From: Escherichia phage altidsur
Sequence record: MN850568.1
Length of the DNA stretch: 42,197 nt
Direction: 5' to 3' (one strand)
Below the pieces are notes generated by a model. That model saw only the letters and a program-made list of their open reading frames with translations. It did no database searches and had not been told where the DNA came from. Positions 33,758-42,197 of the stretch are shown one piece after another; positions within the stretch are counted from its first letter, which is position 1; each line of letters opens with the position of its first letter. The position numbers and the translations under genes are program-made.

Positions 33758-34990
33758 ATGTTTGGTGAATCCCAACCTACTGCCGCACCCGCTCCCCAAA
33801 ACGTACCCGCTGGCCCGACCTATGCTCCCTCTGGTCACAGCGGTAATGATTATGGTGGAAGCCCACAGGTGGTACAGAACCCAGCGTTAGGCCGTCTCGG
33901 TACGCCAATCGAGTTACCTCGTGGTGGTGCTACCCCGCAGCCTGCGCAGCCGTTCGGACAGCAGCCGGGCCTGATTCCTTATCAGGAGCAGAATCCGTAT
34001 GCACAGCCCCAACAGGGAAACCCAAGTCCTTACGCACCCGTACCTCAGCAGAACCCGTATGGTGCTCCGCAGCAGACCTCTCCGTTTGCGGCACCACCAA
34101 TTCCGGTTAATGGGTATCAGAATCCGGGCGCAACGCCTCCGGGCCAAGCGGCTCCGGCACAACAGTTCCAACAGCCAGTAGCTCCGCAGCCTTACGCTTT
34201 CGACCCGTATGGTCGTCAGCCGGGCGCACAGCCGCAGGCACAGCAGCCTCAACAGCAGCAGCCGCAGCCATTCCAACAGTTGCAGCAGCAGCCGGGCCAG
34301 CCCCCGCAGCAGTTCCAGAATCCCAACCTCACGGCTGAGAAACTGGCTACTCAGGAAGGTGGCTTGACCTCCGAGCAGGTTGCTCAGATTTTCCCGGACG
34401 ATACCAGTCGCGCCGTATTCCAAGGTATGGACACCATTGCCCGTGGCCAGAACATCGACCTGCTTGCAGCGTTCGGTTCTGCTTACGAGCGTCGTGACCC
34501 GTCGCTGGTGAACGACCGCTATCTGGCTCAGTTCGACCCACAGACTGTATCAATCCTCAAAGGTCAATTCGGCGCACTGGTTGCGGCTGGTCAGCAGCGT
34601 GACGCTGCAATCGAGCAGCAGGTTTACCAGATGGCTGGTGGCGAGGAGCGATGGGGTCTGGCTGTACAGGCATTCAACACCGCCGCCGACAAAGGCACGG
34701 TCGATGCCGTTGTAGCGGCTGTGAACTCCGGCGACCCTAATCAGGTGCGTCTGGCAGTGAACACCATTCTCCAGTTCGCTGGTTCCGCAGGGAATATGAT
34801 TCAGCGTTCTGGTCAAACTTTGACGCCTAATGGTGGCGGTCAAGCACCTCGTGAGGTTATGACCAACGAGGCATTCCGTCAGCATCTTGGCTGGCTTGAG
34901 CAGGCGCATCCTGTTGGTTCCCCGGAATACAACAAGCATTACGCCGCACTGGTAGAGCAGCGCCGTCAGGCTAAAGCTCAAGGTTACTAA
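33758..34990 (+). CDS. Scaffolding protein with a long Pro/Gln-rich low-complexity N-terminal region, 410 aa
   Basis: Position between portal and major capsid; residues ~1-190 are dominated by P/Q/A/G repeats, the C-terminal half is ordinary. Confidence 0.6.
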   Translation: MFGESQPTAAPAPQNVPAGPTYAPSGHSGNDYGGSPQVVQNPALGRLGTPIELPRGGATPQPAQPFGQQPGLIPYQEQNPYAQPQQGNPSPYAPVPQQNPYGAPQQTSPFAAPPIPVNGYQNPGATPPGQAAPAQQFQQPVAPQPYAFDPYGRQPGAQPQAQQPQQQQPQPFQQLQQQPGQPPQQFQNPNLTAEKLATQEGGLTSEQVAQIFPDDTSRAVFQGMDTIARGQNIDLLAAFGSAYERRDPSLVNDRYLAQFDPQTVSILKGQFGALVAAGQQRDAAIEQQVYQMAGGEERWGLAVQAFNTAADKGTVDAVVAAVNSGDPNQVRLAVNTILQFAGSAGNMIQRSGQTLTPNGGGQAPREVMTNEAFRQHLGWLEQAHPVGSPEYNKHYAALVEQRRQAKAQGY

Positions 34991-35010
34991 TTTCTTCGTA
35001 AGGATTTTCC

Positions 35011-36003
35011 ATGGCTGATAACGCTTATACCCCGAACCAGTTCCGTCCACACTGGGGTGGCGCGAACTCTGATAACGACATTCACCTTGAGGTGTATGAC
35101 CGTGATGTTCAAACCCAGTTCATCTACAACTCCATCTTCCGTTCCGGTCTGACCAACTTCAAGTCTGTGGCTAACCAGTCCAACACTTGGCGTGGCGACC
35201 GTCTCGGCTCTGTGACCGTTAAAGGTCGTCGCTCTGGTGAGGCGCTGGACAACCAGCCAGTTCGCTCTGAGAAACTGATTGTCACTGTGGATACCGTGTC
35301 TTACATCCGTATCCCGATTGACTATCAGGACGACTGGACTGCGCCGGACTTCCGCGCTGAGCTGACCCGTAACATGGGTACTGCACAGGCGAAGGCGTTC
35401 GACCAAGCGCACGTCATCCAGCTCCAGAAGTCTGCTGACTTCGTGCCTCCGGCTTCTCTGGCTGGCGCGTTCAACGCAGGTATCAAGGAGCAGGTCACTC
35501 TGACTGGCACCGTGGCATCTGAGGAAGATGATGCGTCTGCGCTGGTACACGGCCACAAGAAAGCTATCGAGGCGTTCATCCGTCGCGATGCCGACCTTGG
35601 CCGACTGGTTACGCTGATTGACCCGGCGTGGTTCAGCATTCTGCTGGAGCACAAGAAACTGATGAACGTTGAGTTCACTGGTGGTCGTGGTGTCAACGAC
35701 TTCGCAATGCGTCGTGTTGCGTACGTCAACGGTATCCGCATCATCGAGAGCAACGCGTTCCCGCAGGCGGCAATCACTGACCACATCCTCGGCCCTGACT
35801 TCAACGTCACCGCCGACGAGATTCAGCGCAAGATGATTATCTTCGACCCGTCTCTGGCTCTGGTCACTGTCGAAGCCCAGCCGCTGTTCAACCGCGTATG
35901 GGATGACGAACGTGAACTGACCAACGTTCTGGATAGCTTCCACATGTACACCGTGGGCCAGCGTCGTCCAGACGTGGTTGCTGTAGTTACCACTGAGACC
36001 TAA
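35011..36003 (+). CDS. Major capsid protein, 330 aa
   Basis: Strong RBS (AAGGATTTTCC-ATG); size and position match T7 gp10-type capsid; followed by a terminator hairpin. Confidence 0.85.
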   Translation: MADNAYTPNQFRPHWGGANSDNDIHLEVYDRDVQTQFIYNSIFRSGLTNFKSVANQSNTWRGDRLGSVTVKGRRSGEALDNQPVRSEKLIVTVDTVSYIRIPIDYQDDWTAPDFRAELTRNMGTAQAKAFDQAHVIQLQKSADFVPPASLAGAFNAGIKEQVTLTGTVASEEDDASALVHGHKKAIEAFIRRDADLGRLVTLIDPAWFSILLEHKKLMNVEFTGGRGVNDFAMRRVAYVNGIRIIESNAFPQAAITDHILGPDFNVTADEIQRKMIIFDPSLALVTVEAQPLFNRVWDDERELTNVLDSFHMYTVGQRRPDVVAVVTTET

Positions 36004-36013
36004 TGGTAAACTC

Positions 36014-36036
36014 GAAGCCCTTCTCTGAGGGGCTTC
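36014..36036 (+). terminator. Stem-loop terminator candidate after the capsid gene (GAAGCCC-loop-GGGCTTC)
   Basis: 7-bp perfect inverted repeat with 9-nt loop 11 nt after the capsid stop, followed by a T-containing stretch; analogous in position to T7 T-phi. Confidence 0.45.
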
Positions 36037-36059
36037 TATGATTATCACTGGGAGGTTTT

Positions 36060-36608
36060 ATGACTCTACTCGAAGCAGTCAACATTGTTCTTCGAGCATT
36101 GTCTGAACACACTGTATCATCCACCGAGATTCGAAACCCGTCCGTTACCCTTGCACTTGACAAGATTGGTATCGCGCAGGAAGAAGTTCTCACCGATGGT
36201 TGGTGGTTCAACAATATTCGAATCACCATCCCCCGCGAAACGGATGGTCGTGTCAAATACCCCGCCGACGCATTGAGCTTCATCCCTGATGGGTTTGAGT
36301 GTATCGTGCGTGGCGGGTATCTTTACAACGCTAATTCCCAAACCTTTGTTTTTACAGAAGATGTTCCGGGATTGGTGACTTACGATTTAGGCTGGGATGA
36401 CCTACCCAGTCCGGTACAACGACTCGTTGCATATCAAGCAGCTATCTCCGCGTACTCGGATGACATGGGTGACAATCCCCCGGCCAGTGTTACTGGTGGT
36501 TATGCCATGGCCCTGCAACAGTGCCAGTCTATCCATACCCGCCAGCGTCGATTCAATGCTCGCCAGCGCAAGAGCTGGTGGCGCTATGAGAGTGCTCGGA
36601 GAGGATAA
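36060..36608 (+). CDS. Tail tubular protein A, 182 aa
   Basis: Size and position after capsid match T7 gp11; GGGAGG RBS. Confidence 0.7.
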   Translation: MTLLEAVNIVLRALSEHTVSSTEIRNPSVTLALDKIGIAQEEVLTDGWWFNNIRITIPRETDGRVKYPADALSFIPDGFECIVRGGYLYNANSQTFVFTEDVPGLVTYDLGWDDLPSPVQRLVAYQAAISAYSDDMGDNPPASVTGGYAMALQQCQSIHTRQRRFNARQRKSWWRYESARRG

Positions 36609-39052
36609 TGCCAGTATACCAAGGCGCTTATAAATCCATCCTCGGCGGCGTGAGCCAGCAGGTCTATACTGACCGCCAGCTATCGCAGGTTGAGGAACAG
36701 GTCAATATGACCTCTGACACCGTGCGTGGCCTGCGTAAACGCCCCGGCACCCGACTGCACCGTACTGTGGATTCCACTAACGCGAACGTCTGGAGCCTTG
36801 GTAACTTCGGCCACCTGCGATTCACTACCACTAACTTAGGCTGGGGCATCACCACGTTCATCGTGAATACGAAGACCGGGTATGTCACAGCCATCGTCGA
36901 GACGGAGACTGTCCAGTTCATGGGCCAGTCCAACTATCTCGTCACGAACAACCCCGACGACATCGTGTTCGCTACCGTAGGCAACACCATGTACGTTGCC
37001 AACTGCTCCAAGCTGCCCGTGCTTCTGGAGAACGAGACGCGTATGAATCCGGGTCGCCGGGGTTACTTCTTTGTGCTGGCAGGCGCATACGGCAAGCAGT
37101 TTACCGTCCGTATCGAGACCAGCGGTGGGGCAGTCTCTGCTACATACACCACCCCTGAATCTGGCGCTACAGGCGCGGCAGCCGCATCTACCCCGGAGCG
37201 CATCATTAGCGAGTTGAAGACTCAGCTCGACGCTGCCATCGGCGGCGCTACCGGGCTGGAGGTTGTGCAGGTGGACGGTGCGTACATGTACCTCCAGACC
37301 ACTGCTGCATACACTGACCTGAACGTTTCCACCAACACTGGCTCCAGCTATGCGATTGCCTCGAACACTCACCGCGTTGACCTGACCACTAAGCTCCCGG
37401 CACGTCTGCCGACTCAGGCTGGTGGCTTCATCATGACCGTGGGCGACGACAGCTTCGCGCAGTATTTCCAGTGGGATTACGCCAACTCGCGCTGGGTGGA
37501 GAAAGGTGCGTGGGGTTCCCCGACCGGGATTAACCCAAGCACAATGCCGCTGGTGTTCAGCACGACTTCGACCACCAACCAGCACACGTTCGCCCAAGGC
37601 TCATGGCCGGGCCGACTGGCTGGCGACGACAAGACCAACTCAATCCCAGCATTCACTGATGCTGATGGTGTGGGTATCACTGGTCTGGCTTCGTTCCAAG
37701 GTCGCCTGATTGTGTTCTCCGGCCCGTACATTACCATGGGTTCCAGCAACAAGGAAGACAGAACCAACTTCTTCCGTACGACTGTGACGCAGGTACTGGA
37801 CGACGACCGCATTGAGTTCACTGCAACCAGCTTCGCCGGGGCATCGTTCCGGTACGGCATCCCGTTCAACTCTGACCTGATTCTGGCCAGCGAGGAACAC
37901 CAAGCCGTTATCCCCGGACGTAACCAAATCCTGACACCGAACAACGCCACCGCTGTGTTGACCTCGACGTACCAGATGGATACGGGTGTAGCGCCGACTA
38001 CTTCTGGCCGCAGCCTGTATTACGCGTACCCGCGCTCGAACAGCTCATTCTCCATCAAAGAGATGCTACCGTCCGGCTACACGGATTTGCAGTACGTGAG
38101 TCAGGATGTGACCGACCACCTGCCGACCTATCTGGAAGGGGCTAACTCGTACATCTCTGCCAGCACCACGAACAACATCGTTGTGTTTGGCTCAACCACT
38201 GAGAAGTCCACGCTCTACGTGAACGAGTACCTGTGGTCAGGTGACGAGAAGGTGCTGTCCTCTTGGCATCGCTGGGAGGTGTACGGTACTGTGCAGGCTG
38301 CGTGGTTCGTCCGTGAAGTGTTGGTGCTTTTGGTTGAGCAGCAGGGCCACATGAACCTGCTCACGCTGTCCATGCGAGATTCCCCTGACCCGACTGACCC
38401 GGCGCGATTCCTCCCGGCCATTGACTACGCCCAGTTGATGACTGTGACGAACCCGGCCACGGACAGCTCGTACATTCAGTTCGCTGCCACTGGCGAGCAG
38501 AAGGCGCTGTGGGACATTATCCAGTACCGCTACCAGACTGAGGGCAACTGGGATTTCATGACGAACGTAGTGCCGTCTGGTAACTACATCGGGGCTGAGG
38601 TCGGGGTTAAGTCCATCGACACCACGAACCGACGCGTGTACCTCCAGCCTTCATATGGCAGCAGCTCACTGTACGTGGGCCTGCGATTCACTGCCCTGTT
38701 CAGCCCTACGCCTCCGCGTGTGTTTAATCAGGACGGTTCGTACATGGACGTGAACAAGATGGTTATCATGCACTACAACTTTACGTTGCGGTACACGAGC
38801 CTGTTCAACATCACGGCCAGCGACCGGGGCGCGTACTCGGCACTGAACATCATCAGCAGCCCTATCCGGTACACCAGTAAAGAGCTGGGTCTGGAGTCTG
38901 CGATGTTGGCCAAGCGTGCGCACTTGAAGGTTCGCATGGGTCTTGAGGTGGAGTCCAGCAGCATGGTCGTGGATTCGTCTACGGCAGGCGACCTGAACAT
39001 TCAGGGGCTTGGCTACTACATCAAGTTCTACAACAAAGTTCGGAGAATTTAA
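36608..39052 (+). CDS. Tail tubular protein B, 814 aa
   Basis: Size and position match T7 gp12; translationally coupled to tail tubular A. Confidence 0.75.
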   Translation: MPVYQGAYKSILGGVSQQVYTDRQLSQVEEQVNMTSDTVRGLRKRPGTRLHRTVDSTNANVWSLGNFGHLRFTTTNLGWGITTFIVNTKTGYVTAIVETETVQFMGQSNYLVTNNPDDIVFATVGNTMYVANCSKLPVLLENETRMNPGRRGYFFVLAGAYGKQFTVRIETSGGAVSATYTTPESGATGAAAASTPERIISELKTQLDAAIGGATGLEVVQVDGAYMYLQTTAAYTDLNVSTNTGSSYAIASNTHRVDLTTKLPARLPTQAGGFIMTVGDDSFAQYFQWDYANSRWVEKGAWGSPTGINPSTMPLVFSTTSTTNQHTFAQGSWPGRLAGDDKTNSIPAFTDADGVGITGLASFQGRLIVFSGPYITMGSSNKEDRTNFFRTTVTQVLDDDRIEFTATSFAGASFRYGIPFNSDLILASEEHQAVIPGRNQILTPNNATAVLTSTYQMDTGVAPTTSGRSLYYAYPRSNSSFSIKEMLPSGYTDLQYVSQDVTDHLPTYLEGANSYISASTTNNIVVFGSTTEKSTLYVNEYLWSGDEKVLSSWHRWEVYGTVQAAWFVREVLVLLVEQQGHMNLLTLSMRDSPDPTDPARFLPAIDYAQLMTVTNPATDSSYIQFAATGEQKALWDIIQYRYQTEGNWDFMTNVVPSGNYIGAEVGVKSIDTTNRRVYLQPSYGSSSLYVGLRFTALFSPTPPRVFNQDGSYMDVNKMVIMHYNFTLRYTSLFNITASDRGAYSALNIISSPIRYTSKELGLESAMLAKRAHLKVRMGLEVESSSMVVDSSTAGDLNIQGLGYYIKFYNKVRRI

Positions 39053-39053
39053 T

Positions 39054-39794
39054 ATGGGTTGGGCAGCTTTTGCTAAAGCTGGTGCCGACGCTACGAACTC
39101 CTTCATCACCACCTATGCTCAAGGACGAGCAGAGCGTGCGCAGATGAAGGCGGTTCAGGCAGAGAACGAACGCCTGAACAAGCAAACGTGGCAGGCAATG
39201 GGCCAGCGCATCAACACCGTGAATCTCCAGCGCGGCCTGCTCCGGCAGCAGACTGGCACCGACCTGTACAACATCAACAAGGAAGCTAACCGGGCATCCG
39301 GCGCGAGCATTAACAATGCCGCCGCTGCCGGGATTGAAGGTGCCTCTGTGGACGAGGCGGTTACGGACATCAGCCGCCAGAATCAGGAAAGCCAAGCGCA
39401 GACCCGATTCAATGAGCAGATTCAGGAGATGAACCTCGACACCAGTATCAACGACATCATCGACACCGCCGTCGCAGCTCAGCGTTATTCGCAGAAGCCA
39501 GCGAGCAACAGCATGATTGTGGGCCGCGCCATTGGCGTGTCTGCCATGCAGTTTGCTTCGAGCCTCGCGCAGACCAGCTTCGACTACATGCCGACTGAGG
39601 GTGCGAAGGGTACGGGTACACAGAGCGGCAGTGCTGGCGCTACAGCGTCAACGTTCGATAACCTCGGCTCCAGTACAGCGAGTTATGGAACAACTAACTG
39701 GATGCAGAAGGCTGGGGAATTTAACCCTGTGCCTGCGCAGTATCAATCAAATCGTTACATGGGCTACGGCTCAGGTTCAATCTTTGGGGGCTAA
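39054..39794 (+). CDS. Internal virion protein A, ~247 aa
   Basis: ATG 2 nt after the upstream stop (track ORF starts earlier at 39009, overlapping the upstream gene); Gln/Ala-rich. Confidence 0.6.
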   Translation: MGWAAFAKAGADATNSFITTYAQGRAERAQMKAVQAENERLNKQTWQAMGQRINTVNLQRGLLRQQTGTDLYNINKEANRASGASINNAAAAGIEGASVDEAVTDISRQNQESQAQTRFNEQIQEMNLDTSINDIIDTAVAAQRYSQKPASNSMIVGRAIGVSAMQFASSLAQTSFDYMPTEGAKGTGTQSGSAGATASTFDNLGSSTASYGTTNWMQKAGEFNPVPAQYQSNRYMGYGSGSIFGG

Positions 39795-39796
39795 TC

Positions 39797-42197
39797 ATGG
39801 CTACTATGCGTGACCAGCGTGGCGCTAACCTTAATGCTGCGCAGCAGGGATTACCAAGTGTGCAGCAGGCGCAGACTCCGTTTAGTCTCGCAGGCCGCGA
39901 TACTCGCATCGACACGTTTCCTACCGAGTCCATTCAACGCGTACTGAACATGGCCAGCGCACTTGCTGGCCGTGTCACTGAGCGTGCGAACGAGGAAGAA
40001 TACCTCAAGGGGGCTAACGCCGCCGCGAGTGGCAAGGCTGTCGAGGATTTGGATTCGAACTGGCTTACCGCTCAGTTCCAGAAAGCTGGTTACAACGACC
40101 AGTACAAACGAATGGAAATGGCGAAGGTCGCCTCAGACATCTCGGCTAACATGCCGCAGTATGCGAAGATGGCACCCGACGAGTTCTTGAAGGTGGTGGA
40201 CGAGAAGACCACTGGCCTGTTCGAGAACACTGATGGTATGACGCTGAACGGGCGTAAGTCACTGCTGGAGAACCAGCTCACGTTCAGCAACACCCTTATC
40301 CGTACGCAGGCTGCCCAGCATGGTAAGTATCTGGTTGAGCAGCGTGCGGCGATGTACAACACGCAGGGTAACACTCTAGTTACTCTGGCGGCTCAGGCCA
40401 AGGCCACTGGCGATGGCGGCGCGTACGCTAACGCTACGGCAGCAACCATGGCATGGGCCAAGTCTATTCTGGCAGACGACAAGCTGCCACTGGAGACTCG
40501 CCGGACGCAGGTGACTTCCATGATGGGGCTGATGCTCCAGCAGGATTTGCGTACCCCGGTCGAGACTGCTGTGAACTCCGGGCTATTCAACGAGCTGCCT
40601 GCCGACGATTTGGCCAAGCTGCAAGGTCAGATTCGTGAATCCAAATCTCGTACTGAGGTTCAGGATAACATGGGTCTGCTGGCGCAGAAGGGTCAACTTG
40701 ATGCGCGTCAGGCAGTATTCGGTGACGTTACGCCGGAACAGTACACGCAGACGCTCCAGCAGATGGTGGACAATAAGCTGATTAGCGCTGGTGGTTTCAG
40801 CTCTGCTATCGAGTCCTTCTACAAGGATTACGCCAAGCAAGCCAAGGCCAGCCAGCTCGGTCAGGCTTACGCCACCGGGAACCAGACGTACATGCTCCAG
40901 CAGGGCGCGAGTGAGCAGGATGGTGCTGACGCATTCATCAAGGCTCGCATGAAGCAACCGGGCGCGACGGCAAGTTCCGTGGCGTTCGACCTGCTGCAAG
41001 TGGGTGCGCAGACTGGCTTCCCTTCTGCGTACAAGTCTGCTGCCAAGTTGATTGAACCATCCCTGTCGAACTTCGGCACCGTGGACGAAATGAACCCGGA
41101 CGCTGCCCGTACCGTAACCGGGCTGATTGACCGCGTAACTGTGGCCGAGAATCAGGGTGACAAGACTGCATGGACTAAGCTCCTGTCAGGTCTGTCAGAA
41201 GAAAACCAAGAGAAGATGGTGTACATGCGCGAGCAGATTAAGGCTGGCCGCACCATCGACCAAGCTGGTCAGGGTTACATCAAGCAGCAGCAGGACTACG
41301 CTGGCTTGACCCCGGCACAGAAATCTCAAATCCTCACGCAGCGTCAATCTGACGTTAACTCTGTGGTGAATGGGCTGGAGGCTCAGGGCTTCCTCTCTCG
41401 CACTTGGCAGGGTCTGGCTGGTCTGTTCTCAGATACTCAGCAGAACCTGTTCCAAGCACGCGTCGCATCTGGTGACATTACTGCCGCGCAGGAAATGTCG
41501 GAGGTGTCTGCCGCGTACCGCGAGGAGCTGCAAGCTGTAGTCCTCAAGAACCCGAACGTGACGAAGGATGGTATGGAAGCACTCGCATCTGCGAAGCTGG
41601 CCAACCGTGTCCTGCGCGTTGGTGAAACCACATTCAGCCCCGGCTCTGTGCTTATCGCACCGAGAGGCCAAACTGTTCAGTCTATGCTCGGCTTGCCTGC
41701 TGACGTAGCCCCCGACCGTATCGGTCGCGCTATCGCCGCACTTGACCAGACCAAGGCACCAGAAGGCTTCGAGTCGTCCTACTCGTTTATGCCAGATGGC
41801 TCTCTGAACGTTCAGTTCTTCAACAAGCAAGGTGACGTTTCCCCGAACTCGGTACGCATTCTGCCGCAGCTCGTGCAGGAACGCATCCGTGAAGACGACC
41901 GTGCAGCAGCCACTGCCAACAACGAAGTGTATGGCGACGGGAAACTCTTTGTTGATAAGACCAGTAACGTGGGTATCCGCGTGAATGGCGTTAATACTGC
42001 TGGGGTAGACGAGCAGCGTATGCTTGTTGCCCGTGGCAAACTGATTGACTTCGAAGGTATCCGCAGCACCACCTATCGCGACAGCACTGGTGTACAGACT
42101 AACGGTGTCGGTATCTCCGACCGTAGCCCGTACTTTGCCCAAGGCCAAGCGTCTGGTATGAAAGGCGGTACTGAGTGGTCGCCGCGAACTATCCACG
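39797..42197 (+). CDS. Internal virion protein B with C-terminal lysozyme-like domain (5' part; runs off the window and appears to continue at 1-296)
   Basis: Uninterrupted + frame from the ATG at 39797 to the window end (800 codons); near the end, FEGIRSTTYRDSTGVQTNGVGIS fits the E-G-x-R...Y-x-D...G...T-x-G-x-G lysozyme motif. phiKMV gp36 is known to carry a C-terminal lysozyme domain. Confidence 0.7.
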   Translation, partial: MATMRDQRGANLNAAQQGLPSVQQAQTPFSLAGRDTRIDTFPTESIQRVLNMASALAGRVTERANEEEYLKGANAAASGKAVEDLDSNWLTAQFQKAGYNDQYKRMEMAKVASDISANMPQYAKMAPDEFLKVVDEKTTGLFENTDGMTLNGRKSLLENQLTFSNTLIRTQAAQHGKYLVEQRAAMYNTQGNTLVTLAAQAKATGDGGAYANATAATMAWAKSILADDKLPLETRRTQVTSMMGLMLQQDLRTPVETAVNSGLFNELPADDLAKLQGQIRESKSRTEVQDNMGLLAQKGQLDARQAVFGDVTPEQYTQTLQQMVDNKLISAGGFSSAIESFYKDYAKQAKASQLGQAYATGNQTYMLQQGASEQDGADAFIKARMKQPGATASSVAFDLLQVGAQTGFPSAYKSAAKLIEPSLSNFGTVDEMNPDAARTVTGLIDRVTVAENQGDKTAWTKLLSGLSEENQEKMVYMREQIKAGRTIDQAGQGYIKQQQDYAGLTPAQKSQILTQRQSDVNSVVNGLEAQGFLSRTWQGLAGLFSDTQQNLFQARVASGDITAAQEMSEVSAAYREELQAVVLKNPNVTKDGMEALASAKLANRVLRVGETTFSPGSVLIAPRGQTVQSMLGLPADVAPDRIGRAIAALDQTKAPEGFESSYSFMPDGSLNVQFFNKQGDVSPNSVRILPQLVQERIREDDRAAATANNEVYGDGKLFVDKTSNVGIRVNGVNTAGVDEQRMLVARGKLIDFEGIRSTTYRDSTGVQTNGVGISDRSPYFAQGQASGMKGGTEWSPRTIH

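Noticed and set aside
1-42197. Prophage or integrated mobile element
   Set aside because: No integrase, excisionase, repressor, att-like flanking repeats or host genes; gene content is that of a virulent T7-supergroup phage.
1-42197. CRISPR arrays or tRNA genes
   Set aside because: No regularly spaced repeat-spacer arrays and no cloverleaf-like ~75-nt regions noticed in the intergenic sequence; the repeats present are short and irregular.

Overview
The window reads as an essentially complete, circularly permuted genome of a lytic phiKMV-like (T7-supergroup, Autographiviridae-type) podophage, with every supported gene on the + strand. I found no tRNA, CRISPR array, integrase or host flank. 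Layout: (1) 1-10111, the end of the structural module (internal virion proteins, tailspike), small and large terminase, and a lysis cassette ending in a GH108-type endolysin; (2) 10112-11687, a non-coding terminus-like region with an A-depleted tract, AT-rich direct repeats, four tandem host sigma70-type promoters and a long leader; (3) 11688-17860, early genes, mostly small acidic proteins separated by a repeated hairpin module; (4) 17857-25866, replication genes (primase, helicase, family A DNA polymerase, exonuclease, endonuclease VII); (5) 25863-28747, a phosphatase/nucleotide-hydrolase cluster; (6) 28750-31182, a T7-type single-subunit RNA polymerase placed directly upstream of the structural genes, the phiKMV-type arrangement; (7) 31294-42197, portal, scaffold, capsid, tail tube A/B and internal virion proteins, with the last ORF continuing in frame into position 1. 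Points worth a second look: an unusual lysis cassette (unimolecular-spanin-like lipoprotein, no canonical holin, and a membrane-protein ORF embedded out of frame in the endolysin gene), a 22-bp motif with a CTATAG core that may be the phage promoter, the A-depleted terminus tract, and the early acidic-protein array as anti-defence candidates. All functional calls rest on motifs read by eye, gene order and protein size; no database search was run.
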